IMG/VR virus record: IMGVR_UViG_2061766007_000688
Source of the DNA: an uncultured virus (IMG/VR IMGVR_UViG_2061766007_000688)
Lineage: Duplodnaviria > Heunggongvirae > Uroviricota > Caudoviricetes
DNA: 64,000 bases
Direction: 5' to 3' (one strand)
How positions within the stretch are numbered: the first letter of the stretch is position 1; every line of letters begins with the position of its first letter. The position numbers and the translations under genes are program-made. This document shows, piece by piece, positions 30,669-41,599 of the stretch. The notes beneath the pieces are model-generated. The model worked only from the letters and a program-made list of their open reading frames with translations. It was not told where the DNA came from and made no database searches.

Positions 30669-31370
30669 TTACTTTTCCTCCTTTTTGCTGTTATCTGTTG
30701 GGATCTGTATAAACTGTAACAGCTTAGTCACGAAGTCCTGTGCTGTCTCTTCAAACAACTCGATTGCAAGCACAGGTATCTCATACTTTGTGTGCCAATC
30801 TTCGTGATAAACTGCTGAGTCACTGAATTTCCAGTCGCTACTGTAAGCCTTGAAGAAGTTGTCATTGATACACAACTTTATCATGCCCTTCTGACACTTG
30901 GGCCAGAACTCTACCATGTGTCGGTTCTTTAAGCACAGCGACACACTGCCCTTTGCACCCGGTGCTACTCTGATTGTAGTGCCTTCAACCATCTTTTCGA
31001 GAACACTCTTGATGTGCATTACATACTTAACACTGTCCTCATGACTGACTCTCTTTGTTACCGGTGCTGTTACTGACTTCTCGACAGTCTTGGCTGCCTG
31101 CTTCTTCTCTTCTGCTTCTTTGTGTTTTTCTTCTTCACGCTGGGATTCTACCTGAGATGAAAGCTGAATAACTTTGTCGCCGTTATACTTTCTCCAAGTG
31201 CTCTTGAATGTTGAGAAATTTACATTGAATGAATTTCCGTTCTCATCTCTGAACATGAGAGTTTTGAACTTCTCGTCCCTGCTTTCAAGGACTCCTACCT
31301 TTTTGTTTGTGCGGTTCTCATACATCTGTCCGATGATACCGACTTCTTTTACTTCTGCTGATTTTGCCAT
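30669..31370 (-). CDS. Hypothetical protein
   Basis: 233 aa ORF, own promoter and RBS. Confidence 0.65.
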   Translation of the reverse strand: MAKSAEVKEVGIIGQMYENRTNKKVGVLESRDEKFKTLMFRDENGNSFNVNFSTFKSTWRKYNGDKVIQLSSQVESQREEEKHKEAEEKKQAAKTVEKSVTAPVTKRVSHEDSVKYVMHIKSVLEKMVEGTTIRVAPGAKGSVSLCLKNRHMVEFWPKCQKGMIKLCINDNFFKAYSSDWKFSDSAVYHEDWHTKYEIPVLAIELFEETAQDFVTKLLQFIQIPTDNSKKEEK

Positions 31371-31492
31371 TGTTCTGTTCTCCTTTCGACTGTTAAGCTG
31401 TTGAACTGTTCAACTTGTTTGTTTCTATGTGAACACTATACTATATATTTTTGATTTTGTAAAGCAGGAATTGAAAAATTTTTTAACTCCTT

Positions 31493-31699
31493 CTAAACAT
31501 ACTCTCCCTTGCGCATATTCTTTGTGATTTCTTTAAGAAAATCAAACACCTCATTCTTGCAACTCTCACAAAAATCAAATCTGCCCTGCAATCTTTCGGG
31601 TGCATTTGTGAGTGTCACTGTTACATAAGTACTTTGTCTGTGCGGTACAAGTGTTTTACCACATCTGTCACACCACATATCTGTTGTTGTCTTAATCAT
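31493..31699 (-). CDS. Small zinc-finger protein
   Basis: CDRC...CESC. Confidence 0.55.
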   Translation of the reverse strand: MIKTTTDMWCDRCGKTLVPHRQSTYVTVTLTNAPERLQGRFDFCESCKNEVFDFLKEITKNMRKGEYV

Positions 31700-32697
31700 A
31701 CATACTCCCTCCAATCTAAAATATTCTTTACTTGTTCTGCACTGCACTCGCCTATATCTTTTATTCCCTTTGGGAATATTATCTCTGAAAAGATTTTGCC
31801 TTTGACAATAGACTTTATTCTATCTCTTGCATCATCACCTGCCTTGTCATTATCTGTCGCAAGTATCAACTCTCTACACGGTAAATCTTCAAGCTGTTTC
31901 ATCTGTAAATTATTTCCAAGTCCGTTAAGAGCTACTGCATAATGTCCTGCCTGCCATAATAATATACAGTCTATCATACTTTCACAAACTAATATACTTT
32001 GAGGGTCGCCGTCTAATTCATCTACACCGCCTATCTTTCTGTCTGCGTAGAACTCATATAATCCATAGAGAGGCTTGGTGACACCCTTTGGATAGTTGAA
32101 GAACTTTGTCTTAACATTTCTTCTGGCAACAAATAAACAGTTCCCGGATATGTCACGGACTGGGAAAGTGATACAGTGCGAGTGCTTGTCATATCCCAAA
32201 TCAAATAACTCAATGATGTCATCATCTACTATACCTCTTTTCTCCCAATATGGATGTGTGTATCTGTATAAGTCAAGTTCTTCTTCTGATACATACTCTT
32301 GCTTTGCTTCTTCTTTCTTTTTACCCCGGCTGAAATCTAATTGAATGTCTTGTCTGTTTTCTACTTCTATTGATAAGAAGTTTTTTATCAGNNNNNNNNN
32401 NNNNNNNNNNNNNNNNNNNNNNNNATCATTATGGTCAAACACAAATGATATCACTTCGGGCAATGTATGAGTTTCCTGGCATGCGAAGCAATGGAATGTA
32501 CCGTCTGTCTCTTTTATACCAGCTGACGGCTTTTTCTCTGTACCATCCTTATGATAAGGGCAACTCACCATATAGTTGCCCGCTGAATATCTTACAGTCT
32601 GCAAATATGGTGAGTTGTTTGCTCTTAACTGATTTTGTAGTTCTGTTAAAATAGTTCCCATGTCATCTACAAAATCTACTTCGTTTATTCTGACCAT
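31696..32697 (-). CDS. dnaG: DNA primase (CHC2 zinc finger plus TOPRIM)
   Basis: CPYH...HCFAC, VCES..D, DND.AG, KD. Confidence 0.9.
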   Translation of the reverse strand: MVRINEVDFVDDMGTILTELQNQLRANNSPYLQTVRYSAGNYMVSCPYHKDGTEKKPSAGIKETDGTFHCFACQETHTLPEVISFVFDHNDXXXXXXXXXXXLIKNFLSIEVENRQDIQLDFSRGKKKEEAKQEYVSEEELDLYRYTHPYWEKRGIVDDDIIELFDLGYDKHSHCITFPVRDISGNCLFVARRNVKTKFFNYPKGVTKPLYGLYEFYADRKIGGVDELDGDPQSILVCESMIDCILLWQAGHYAVALNGLGNNLQMKQLEDLPCRELILATDNDKAGDDARDRIKSIVKGKIFSEIIFPKGIKDIGECSAEQVKNILDWREYV

Positions 32698-32933
32698 TAT
32701 TTAAGCTCCTTGTGTTCTACATTGTACAATAATGCGTCTTGTGACGCCTCTGCTAATAACTTCAAGTGTCTATTACAAAGACACACCATAACACTACCTG
32801 TATAAACAGCGTATAATGGTCTTTCAACAAACTTCCTGTTACACACCACACAACTGTGATTCATGTCACAATCAGATACTACTCTTATTGTTCCTAACTC
32901 TTGTGGTACATTCAATTCTGATAATCTTCCCAT
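32697..32933 (-). CDS. Small zinc-binding protein
   Basis: CVVC...LCNRH. Confidence 0.5.
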   Translation of the reverse strand: MGRLSELNVPQELGTIRVVSDCDMNHSCVVCNRKFVERPLYAVYTGSVMVCLCNRHLKLLAEASQDALLYNVEHKELK

Positions 32934-32942
32934 AATCTCTCC

Positions 32943-34286
32943 TTAAAACACTTCTTCCATGTTAGGCGACTTCTTTGTTGCACCTGACTTACTGCTCTTT
33001 CTCTTTGGTCTATCGCTATCTTCATCATCAGGTGATGATATGTCTACTTCTTCTTGATAAACAAATGTTCCTTTATCAATATCCCACACATACTTGTACT
33101 GCTTTCCGACTTCGCCTGTTCTCGACTTCTTCGTCTGTATAATGAGAATAATGTTACCCTCATTATCTTTTACCTGTCTTACAGCAAAGACTGTACTACT
33201 ATTTGCTCCTATACCGTCACTGTCTTTGATGTTCTCTAACTCGGGCGTATCGAGTGTTCCTTTCTCTACTACACCACCTCTGTTTGCTTGCACAACTACA
33301 ATAATGGGCACACCAAGTTCTGACGATAAGTCCATCAAATCTTCACTGATGTTTGTCAAGCTGACAGCTCTACTGTCACCCTTTTTATATCTTTCGTCTG
33401 AAAGATAAGTGATACCGTCTACTGCAACTACATCAAGATGTCTTGCTTTTATCCAAGTTCTCAACTTTGAAACAGTCAGCTTTCTGTTAAAGTCTTTTGG
33501 CTTTGTGACATACATCTTGCCAGTTGTCTCATCCTTAAGCTCTTCTGCATACTGCTTATAATCTTCAAGTGTGTATTCTTCATCGAACTTACCAAAGAAA
33601 ACAGTTCTATTAGGAACATTACCATGTAGAGTATCAAATCTATAACCAAGTTGTGCTACACTCATCTCAGGTGAGAATATTCCTACCCTGTAGCCCTGCT
33701 CTACTGAGTGTGTTGCGATTGCTTCAAGTACCCAAGACTTACCCATGTTTATTCGAGCTACAATAGTGACAAGCTCATCACCTCTCTGTAAACCGACTAT
33801 ATCATCGTCTATTTCGTCAAATCCTGTAGTGATAAACTTTGATGCAACATTCTGATTTACATATTCAGAGGCTTCGACACGCTTGTCTATATTCTCTACT
33901 ATTTCCTCATCATTGATAGAGTAAACAGGTTTCAAATCTGCTTTAAGCGCCTGTTCAAGAAAATCTCTGGCTTCTTCACTGTCTTGTTTCAACAGCTCTG
34001 CTACTTTTGGCAGTATCTTTGTAAACTTGGTATATAAATGGGATTCTCTGATAGTGTCAACAAGGTATCTATTACTGTCTGTGACTTCTACTAAATCAAA
34101 GTCTGGGAATTTATCAATGAATGATACTTCATCAGGTACTTTATGATACTGATTATAAAAATCTTTGAGGAAGTTGTATTCGTTCTCATACCCCTCAAAG
34201 TAACTCTCGTCCAAGAGATTATCTTCAATTATTGAGTAGTCTTTTGTGGCGAGAACTCTTGATATTATCTGAACAGATACTAACAT
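32943..34286 (-). CDS. dnaB: Replicative DnaB-like helicase
   Basis: ARINMGKS, FSPEM, VAVDG, VVQANR. Confidence 0.9.
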   Translation of the reverse strand: MLVSVQIISRVLATKDYSIIEDNLLDESYFEGYENEYNFLKDFYNQYHKVPDEVSFIDKFPDFDLVEVTDSNRYLVDTIRESHLYTKFTKILPKVAELLKQDSEEARDFLEQALKADLKPVYSINDEEIVENIDKRVEASEYVNQNVASKFITTGFDEIDDDIVGLQRGDELVTIVARINMGKSWVLEAIATHSVEQGYRVGIFSPEMSVAQLGYRFDTLHGNVPNRTVFFGKFDEEYTLEDYKQYAEELKDETTGKMYVTKPKDFNRKLTVSKLRTWIKARHLDVVAVDGITYLSDERYKKGDSRAVSLTNISEDLMDLSSELGVPIIVVVQANRGGVVEKGTLDTPELENIKDSDGIGANSSTVFAVRQVKDNEGNIILIIQTKKSRTGEVGKQYKYVWDIDKGTFVYQEEVDISSPDDEDSDRPKRKSSKSGATKKSPNMEEVF

Positions 34287-34978
34287 CTTGTACTCTCTCC
34301 TTTGAACTCAATAATCTCGCTTGTGCGCCATATTCTATTTGCAAGACGCTCACCAATAGCGTGAGATAAATCTTCTTCGCTTGTAAAGTTTGTAGTGAAC
34401 ACACAAAAACGGTGAGCAAAAATGCGTCTTTCAATAGCTACATACAATGTTGTGTAATCATACTTGCTATAGTCAGCCGCACCTATATCATCAAAAATCG
34501 TGAACTCTGACATATCAGCTACCTTTGCTGTTTCTTCAAATCTCGGGTAGAATGATGTGTTAAACTGCTTTGCATCAAAGATAAACTGGTTAGTAGGTAC
34601 AAAGCACCCATGAAAGATATGTTTATCTTCTGCATCAAGATAACTCTGTCCTGCTATCTGTACAAAATATTTTTGTAGCAGTTTTATTGCCCAAGCTGTC
34701 TTTCCATTACCACAATGACTGCTACATATTACAAGATTTTTATAATCATCATCTTCGACAGGATTTACTCTGCTATAGATATCTTCTCCTATCTCTGCTA
34801 ATCTTGTAAACGCTTCTAAATCACAAGCGTTTGGTGTTAATACTTTGCTGATTTTCTGAACATTGGGCAGCCTTGCATAAGTCAACAGACTTTTTAGTGA
34901 AGCTCCCCACACACATTTTTCTGCATCACACTCTGCTTTTGGACACAGAAAAAGTTCATCTTTTACCATACAACTCAT
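34280..34978 (-). CDS. DnaC/IstB-like helicase loader ATPase
   Basis: GNGKT, IFDDIG, FTTN, GERLANRI, FKGESTR. Confidence 0.85.
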   Translation of the reverse strand: MSCMVKDELFLCPKAECDAEKCVWGASLKSLLTYARLPNVQKISKVLTPNACDLEAFTRLAEIGEDIYSRVNPVEDDDYKNLVICSSHCGNGKTAWAIKLLQKYFVQIAGQSYLDAEDKHIFHGCFVPTNQFIFDAKQFNTSFYPRFEETAKVADMSEFTIFDDIGAADYSKYDYTTLYVAIERRIFAHRFCVFTTNFTSEEDLSHAIGERLANRIWRTSEIIEFKGESTRC

Positions 34979-35055
34979 GCTGATTTCTCCTTTCGTGATT
35001 TATTCTTTACTCTTAAAGAGTAGCACACTACATTATATCATTCAAGCAGGAAACA

Positions 35056-35942
35056 TTATTGGAACGACGGTAATCCTGCATCTTTTCTTCTTTGCATTTC
35101 TGCTTGTACTTTTTCTTTAGTATCAAAGGCGTGGTCAATGATGATTTTATCATCAAGAACAGGTCTATATCCACCGTTCTTTTTACTATGCTCTTGCTTT
35201 TCATCTACAAACACATACCACTTTTTCTCGATTGAGTTCTGTATTACTTTAACTAAATCACAGCCTTCTTCTCTTAACTGTAACAATGTATTCAGTTTTG
35301 TTCTCCACAATTCTACATTTCGTATTCTTCGATTATCTCTGCCTGATATAGCCCATTCTAAATACTCAGCAAGTTTAATTTTCTCTGCATTTGAAAACTG
35401 ATACTTGCTATCTTCTATTTCATCTAAACATTTCTCTTTGGTAGTCTTTCTTCTTTTCTTCTTTTCTTCCTGTTCTGCTATTTCAGCCCCGCTTGACAAT
35501 TTATCTGTAAGCTGTTTAGTTTCCTTCTGAAAATTTCGAGAATGTTNNNNNNNNNNNNNNNNNNNNNNNNNNNNNNNNNNNNNNNNNNNNNNTTATTTTC
35601 TTTTTTATTTTCTATATATAGAAGAAACTCATTTTTGTCTGGGTCAGACTCGCACGATTTACTATTCAGAGTAGTAAATTTTACTACCCTTAGAACTCTT
35701 GTTCGCCCGTCAAAACTTTCTGTTTTTATATAGCCCATCTTCTTTAATTTTGAGATTGCTTTAGTGATAAAGGACTCACTTGTGTTACAGAATTTTGCAA
35801 GATATTCATTTGACGCAAAACATCCGTTCTCACCATCTAAACTATCTATCTCTGCAAACAAAGCCTTTTCAGCTATTGTTAACTCATCATTCAGCCAAAT
35901 CTCTGCGGGTATCCAGACTCCCTTAAATGCTCTTTCTTCCAT
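35056..35942 (-). CDS. Replication initiator (N-terminal wHTH); frame broken at N-run
   Basis: Start MEERAFKGVWIP after GAAAGGAG; CFASNEYLA...AISKLKKMGYI; upstream of the loader. Confidence 0.8.
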
Positions 35943-35959
35943 ATTATCTCCTTTCGAAA

Positions 35960-36143
35960 ATAAAAAAGACTTAGATAAGTATGTCTCATGTTCAAGGAAC
36001 ACAAGATGAGGGCTTGCATACTTATCTAAGTCATTAACCGATAACATCGGTGTTGACTGTGTGTAGCGACTGTGAAAGCCCCCACTAAACACAGTCAACT
36101 TTGTTGTATAAAGTATCTTATCATAGAATGTTATATTTGTAAA
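35960..36143 (-). promoter_or_regulatory. Promoter plus structured leader/attenuator of the initiator gene
   Basis: TTTACA-17-TAAGAT; 11-bp stem 36052-36099; 16-bp perfect stem 35968-36032 followed by T-run just before the RBS. Confidence 0.6.
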
Positions 36144-36445
36144 GCTGGAGTTATAAAAATTTGATGTGCTGTCTAAACAATCCAGTTGACTTATATAGCG
36201 TATCTGATTTTTAAGCGAACATTTTATAATGAAATAATCTAAAATGTCTGCCTGAGTCAGCCTCGATGTCACCAGATAGCTTACAGCTTTTTCTTTTCTA
36301 TAACGAGAAAAAGCACTCATAAAGAGTGCTTTTATCTCGGTAAACAATCACAATCACGTTAGAAAAGAGTTATTATGACGAGTTGTTTTCTCAACTCTGA
36401 TTGCATTATATCATCTGAAAATAATATAAGCAAGTTGGAGTTGAA

Positions 36446-37227
36446 CTAATTTACATTGGAGATTATATCCGCTGCCTGGTTGTCTACAACAGCGTTTACT
36501 GCGTCAAAGAGAAGAGACCATTCTTTATCCATGTCTACTCCCTCTACATCGGGAATACTTCTCTTCTCCATAGCCTCTATTGTGTAGTAGTCGCTACTGC
36601 CGTTTTTCTTCTTAATACAAAGAGCAACCCTGCTTGTTGCTGAAATCTCGGTTGTCTTTGCGAGTGACTGGTATTCTTTTTTAGTTGTTTTCTTTGCTGT
36701 TGCCATTTCTTCTTCTCCTTTTGCTTCTTATATATGCTGTTACCACAAGTGCTAAAAACTCTGACGCAAGTGTTGCTACAACACCTGCCCAAAAAGGATC
36801 AATGTACATATCATTCTCCTTTCTTCGGCTTTATGATATTCAAGACAGCAGTAGGTACTTCTGACTTGAATGTACTGAGCTTTTTGATAATCTTTGCGGG
36901 CAAAGAGTTGTTATAGAGTACACTCTCTAAGGCATCAAAGTCGATATACTCTTTTGTCTTAACAAGATTATCAGCATAGCCTGCTTTTTTCAGATATGCT
37001 ATCATAGCTTCTTCATCCCACACATCTTTTGAGCGATAAGAAAGAAATACGCCAGTATTGTCAACCATGATACTCTTATTGTCATCTTTAAGAGAACTGA
37101 GATATTCCTTTAACTCAGTATTAAGAGCGCCTGCTGTGTCTTTTGCTTCTTTTTCTACTGCTTTTGCGGCAATATATGCCTTTGCTTTGTCTTTCCAATC
37201 AGTTTTTTCTGTTGTTTTTCTTGCCAT
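36446..37227 (-). CDS. Two hypothetical genes (36446-36706, 36811-37227)
   Basis: ORFs with RBSs. Confidence 0.65.
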
Positions 37228-37519
37228 TTTTCTTACTCCTTACACTTTTTTGTGAAACATCACCTAAGATACCATTTCTCCCATGAGGTATTGACTTCTG
37301 AAATTCTCTCAACATCTCAATGTCCTGTTCTGACCAAAGTCTCATGCTGTGTGCTGACTTTTTCTTTGGTTCAGGTAACAATCTTGTCAGCTCATGTTCA
37401 GGATGAACTTTCTTCCATCTGTACCACATGTTGATTGTCTGTGTTGAACATCCTAACTGAATTGCTACCCATTCAATCTGATAACCGTTTGAACAATCCA
37501 CTAACTCACCTCCTCTCAA
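37199..37519 (-). CDS. MerR-like HTH protein
   Basis: VAIQLGCSTQTINMW...RLWSEQDIEML. Confidence 0.7.
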   Translation of the reverse strand: MRGGELVDCSNGYQIEWVAIQLGCSTQTINMWYRWKKVHPEHELTRLLPEPKKKSAHSMRLWSEQDIEMLREFQKSIPHGRNGILGDVSQKSVRSKKNGKKNNRKN

Positions 37520-39189
37520 TCTAATAAATATTCGATAAGCTCACGCTTACTACCGACAATCTTACCATCTATAATACACTCTGCCATCTTGCCCTTTTTA
37601 TTGACAAGTGCCCAAACTTTTTCATCTATTGTGCCTTTACACATAATGTTGTAGATAGTCAACTTGTTATTCTGACCAATCCTGTGACACCGATCAACTG
37701 CCTGGTCGTATAATGCTCTGGTCCAAGGGTGGTCAAGAAAGATTACTACAGTACCAGCAGTTAGTGTTATACCTGTACCCATAGCCCCTGTTGTGCCAAT
37801 GACTACTCTTATATTTCCACTCTGAAATTCATCAACAATATGCTGTCGCTGATTATCAGGTGTTTCGCCAGTTATTGACGCAACTGATATTCCCATTGAC
37901 TCAAGCATATCGAAAGCAGGCTCTGTGATAGATGTCCAGTTACTAAAGATTACTACCTGTCGTTTGTTACTCAATGTTTCTTCTACAATCTCGAACATTC
38001 TATCGAACTTTGCTGAACACGGTTCTCCAGTTGATAATATTCCAGTGAACCCTGTCGCCTGTCGCAGTCTTATCATTTCAGCAAGCGGGTTAGGAGATAT
38101 CTCTAACTTATCTATATTAGATTTTATCTCTGCATTAACCTCTTTATAAATGACTGCTTGTTTTGGTAGCATCTCAACTACTTCATCTATGTAAACTTTG
38201 TCAGGCAAGTCAAGTACTTCTTCTTTAAGTCGTCTGAGCATTATCTTTGAAAGTTTGTCCTGTAATTCGTCAGTATGTCTGTAGCCAATTACTTCGTACC
38301 CTCCAAAGCCCCCATACACACCATAATAATGTTCAAACTGATACTTGCTGTGACTTTCATAGCCAAGCCATTTGAGAATGATATATAAATCAAACGGCGA
38401 GTTAAGAAGTGGTGTACCTGTCATAGCAATTCTATACTCTGATTGAAGTTTTAGAAGAGCTTTACCCTGCTGAGAACCTGTATCTTTGCACTTATGTATT
38501 TCGTCAACTGCAATAAATTCGAGCTTGTGTTCTTTTATTAAAGAAACAAGTTTGTCTGTAATATCAGAACTCCTCAGACTTTCTACATTCGTTATAATAA
38601 AGTAGTCTGAAATGTTATCGAGATTCTCAAGGTCAGCGAGTTTGTCTTTGTTTAAACCAACATAAATCTCGCCAGACCTTTTCTTTACTCTTTGCCCAAG
38701 AATATAGGCGTGCTCAGAAGAGTGTGTCTCAACTTCTCTTTGCCAGTTCCACTTCAAACTGTTTACTCCACAAATTATCAGACAGTGCGTGTAATGCTTC
38801 TTTTCTTTTAACGCACACGCTATGTCTATAACTTGCTTTGTCTTTCCTAATCCCTGCTCATCTCCAAGAAACCATTTTGTGTGATTCAGACCATACAGAA
38901 AACCAACTTTCTGATGCTCATAAGGCTCTGTCTTAAACTGATAATCAATATCAGTAACAGGCGTCATATCAACATATTGTCCGCTGATTTTCACATCTTG
39001 TTTCTCAAACAAATGAAGCAGGTTTTCAAGCTGATTAACTGGTACTTCCCATTCTTTTGTATCTTTGTGCCACGCTCTTTCAGGCAGTTCTTTAATTTCA
39101 TCTATAAAGAACTGATTGAAAGAAAAACTGACATACAATGAGAACTTATCAGCAACTTTATCAGCTTGTCTGCACTCAATGTTTATCAT
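37516..39189 (-). CDS. SNF2-family helicase
   Basis: DEQGLGKT, DEIH, MTGTP, QAVDRCHRIGQ. Confidence 0.92.
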   Translation of the reverse strand: MINIECRQADKVADKFSLYVSFSFNQFFIDEIKELPERAWHKDTKEWEVPVNQLENLLHLFEKQDVKISGQYVDMTPVTDIDYQFKTEPYEHQKVGFLYGLNHTKWFLGDEQGLGKTKQVIDIACALKEKKHYTHCLIICGVNSLKWNWQREVETHSSEHAYILGQRVKKRSGEIYVGLNKDKLADLENLDNISDYFIITNVESLRSSDITDKLVSLIKEHKLEFIAVDEIHKCKDTGSQQGKALLKLQSEYRIAMTGTPLLNSPFDLYIILKWLGYESHSKYQFEHYYGVYGGFGGYEVIGYRHTDELQDKLSKIMLRRLKEEVLDLPDKVYIDEVVEMLPKQAVIYKEVNAEIKSNIDKLEISPNPLAEMIRLRQATGFTGILSTGEPCSAKFDRMFEIVEETLSNKRQVVIFSNWTSITEPAFDMLESMGISVASITGETPDNQRQHIVDEFQSGNIRVVIGTTGAMGTGITLTAGTVVIFLDHPWTRALYDQAVDRCHRIGQNNKLTIYNIMCKGTIDEKVWALVNKKGKMAECIIDGKIVGSKRELIEYLLD

Positions 39190-39252
39190 GCTTTCAGCTC
39201 CTTTCGTGTCGTGTTGTAAACATCATACTATATATTTATCTTTTTGTCAATA

Positions 39253-39285
39253 GCAAAAGGCGAGGGAAATTAAATTCCCTCGCCT
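39253..39285 (-). terminator. Terminator of the lysis operon
   Basis: AGGCGAGGGAA/TTCCCTCGCCT stem plus T-run. Confidence 0.75.
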
Positions 39286-39360
39286 AATGCTTCACGACAA
39301 CCTTGTGGAGGCCCGATGGTCTGAAACAGAATCAGAACCAGCATAATCAGCATATATTGA

Positions 39361-39747
39361 TTATACTTTATTAAGTAAATATTCGTCAAGTCTTTTCTTT
39401 GATTGGTTAAGCTGTTCAACATTGTTTCCGTCTATAGCATGATTGGTTAGCGCCTGTAGACTTTCCATGATTACTCTTGTAGTTGTTTTCAACTCATGTT
39501 CGAGATTATCTATTCTCTGTGCTGAGATACACTGTTGTTTGTCGTCATCTGTTATCTTGTTTTTGATGTCTTTTAAGTCTGTTTCCAAAGCGTCTAACCT
39601 CTCATTCTGTTTTATTTCCGGCGTTCTTGCTGTGTTCACAAAACGAACAATAATACCAAGTGCGGCTGAAATAGTGACGATTGCACCACATACAGCTATA
39701 ACGATACTAAATATATCCGCTACTGTCAATCCTATAGGTTCATTCAT
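39361..39747 (-). CDS. Lysis-associated membrane/coiled-coil protein
   Basis: N-terminal TM plus coiled coil, downstream of endolysin. Confidence 0.6.
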   Translation of the reverse strand: MNEPIGLTVADIFSIVIAVCGAIVTISAALGIIVRFVNTARTPEIKQNERLDALETDLKDIKNKITDDDKQQCISAQRIDNLEHELKTTTRVIMESLQALTNHAIDGNNVEQLNQSKKRLDEYLLNKV

Positions 39748-39760
39748 AAGCTCCTCCTTT

Positions 39761-40474
39761 CTATGCTACAACTAACTGGCCAAGTTTTAACAAGTTCAGC
39801 AAGTAAGTATTCTGAGAAGCTGTGCCACTATAATTGCCCATGCCGTTTTCTTTCGCTATTCTTTTTCTATGCAAGTATGAAGTATCTGTTTCACCGACAG
39901 CTTTTAAGGCGGCTACAATAGATGTTGTGTTGCCGTTATAGCAAGGATAATACTTGCTATTATTATGTCTTGGCGCACCTACAGTAACGACTACTGTGTG
40001 ACACTTTGTTTTAGTAACAAGAATGTCACCTGTGTACAAAGTCATGCCCTCTTTATACTCAAACTTCTTGAACAGACCTGTCTTTAACAGTGCGTTCAAC
40101 TCTGTTTCAGTAGTAAAGTTACCGGGGTCAACATGTGTTGCTTCAAGTACACACTTTCTAACAAGTGAACTACAGTCACATTCTGTAGGTTGTTTGGAGT
40201 CTGTGCCCTTTGACATGATATCGAGTCTATTACCCTGGTCATACCCAACATTCTTATTGTTGCAGGCAGTAGTCATGCTTGCGGCTATACCCATTGCATG
40301 TTCTACTTTCAAAGCACGGGCGACATTCCAACCTTTTGAACTGACATAAAACTTCTGCTGTGACACCTCTCCTTTGTAGTCTTTTGCATCAGTCTGTTTC
40401 TGGTCACCTGCTTTACCGCCTAATGCTTTTCCTCTTTCATCTATTCGAGCTGAACCGATATAAACTGCCATCAC
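39761..40474 (-). CDS. Endolysin (NlpC/P60/CHAP-like Cys amidase plus C-terminal cell-wall-binding domain)
   Basis: GYDQ..R, ECDCSSLV, GDILV...HT; C-terminal SIVAALK...HRKRIA...YSGTASQN. Confidence 0.8.
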   Translation of the reverse strand: MMAVYIGSARIDERGKALGGKAGDQKQTDAKDYKGEVSQQKFYVSSKGWNVARALKVEHAMGIAASMTTACNNKNVGYDQGNRLDIMSKGTDSKQPTECDCSSLVRKCVLEATHVDPGNFTTETELNALLKTGLFKKFEYKEGMTLYTGDILVTKTKCHTVVVTVGAPRHNNSKYYPCYNGNTTSIVAALKAVGETDTSYLHRKRIAKENGMGNYSGTASQNTYLLNLLKLGQLVVA

Positions 40475-40677
40475 TTGCCTCCATTCTTATAAGAGATTGA
40501 AGATATGCCAAGTAATGCGCCGAGGAAAGTATCAATAGCTGTAATAGTTCCAACTATCTGTTCTCCATAAGGCAATCCCCAAATCGTTGACAAAGTGAAA
40601 TACAGAGTGCCGATAGCCGGCAGTACAATCTGTGCGATAAATTTTAGAACATCATATACTTTATTTGGAAGTTTCAT
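40471..40677 (-). CDS. Holin, Dp-1 family
   Basis: KVYDVLKFIAQIVLPAIGTLYF...WGLPY...FLGALLGIS; two TMs. Confidence 0.88.
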   Translation of the reverse strand: MKLPNKVYDVLKFIAQIVLPAIGTLYFTLSTIWGLPYGEQIVGTITAIDTFLGALLGISSISYKNGGK

Positions 40678-40709
40678 AGCGCAAATCTCCTTTCTATTTT
40701 TTCACTCAC

Positions 40710-40739
40710 ATTATAGTCAAGAAGGGTTAAAATTGTCAA
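40710..40739 (-). promoter_or_regulatory. Consensus sigmaA promoter before holin
   Basis: TTGACA-18-TATAAT. Confidence 0.6.
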
Positions 40740-40797
40740 GTAAAAAAGCGACAGGCTAACTNNNNNNNNNNNNNNNNNNNNNNNNNNNNNNNNNNNN

Positions 40798-41139
40798 NCA
40801 GCTTACTTATACATCTCATAATCACATCACGCTCTCTGTCTGAGGAAGTCTCATTCATCATACGGCGTAATTTATCAGACATTTCTCTGCTGTAGTTAGC
40901 ATAACTATCTCGGTTGCTATAACCGTCACGGCTTCTACCTTCATTGTATCNNNNNNNNNNNNNNNNNNNNNNNNNNNNNNNNNNNNNNNNNNNNNNNNNT
41001 GGAGAATCTTATCAAGGTTCTTTATTGAGTGTGAGAGCTTGTCAATCATATCAAGGTCAGACATATTTATCTCTTCCTTTTTAGCGAGCCTTTCAAGTTC
41101 CTCACACAAAGTATCCCGTAAGTTCTCTAACTTGTGCAT
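40798..41139 (-). CDS. Helical protein with R/Y/S/G-rich middle (accessory cassette)
   Basis: MHKLENLRDTLCEELE...; after the gap reads GYNEGRSRDGYSNRDSY... Confidence 0.6.
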
Positions 41140-41152
41140 ACACTTCTCCTTT

Positions 41153-41596
41153 CTATGCGACTCTGTTTATGCTAAGGCTACCGTCAATCACATTGATAAA
41201 CGGAGTTGGAACAACTGTTGGGTCATCAACAACACCGCTTACATACTCAACAGAGACTGTAAAGCAACATCCCTTAGGTACATCTACCACGGCTCTGCTT
41301 GTGACATTGCCATATTCGTCAACAGCGGCAGGTGTGAATATAGCTCTNNNNNNNNNNNNNNNNNNNNNNNNNNNNNNNNNNNNNNNNNNNNCGCCACCGT
41401 CAGGAATAGATATGTTGCCTGTGAACTCTACTTCGTATCTTGCGAAACAGTTGTTGGTGATGCCACGCAGAACAAAAATTCCTGTGCCATTCTGATGAAA
41501 TACATATCCTTTGTTGCACCGAATAGAATCAATAAACGGAATAGGAGAATTAAGAGCAACATTCTCAACCTGATCCCTTGTTAAATATTCTGCCAT
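41153..41596 (-). CDS. Beta-sandwich protein, possibly BclA-C/TNF-like (start MAEY)
   Basis: PIPF...GIFVLRG...YEVEFTGNI...alternating beta pattern. Confidence 0.55.
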   Translation of the reverse strand: MAEYLTRDQVENVALNSPIPFIDSIRCNKGYVFHQNGTGIFVLRGITNNCFARYEVEFTGNISIPDGGXXXXXXXXXXXXXXXRAIFTPAAVDEYGNVTSRAVVDVPKGCCFTVSVEYVSGVVDDPTVVPTPFINVIDGSLSINRVA

Positions 41597-41599
41597 ANN

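Noticed and set aside
35943..36347. 135-aa N-terminal extension of the initiator in the ORF track
   Set aside because: Runs through promoters and hairpins; the strong RBS is at ATG 35942
39286..39360. Possible small RNA between the lysis gene and terminator
   Set aside because: Only weak imperfect stems and no recognisable family
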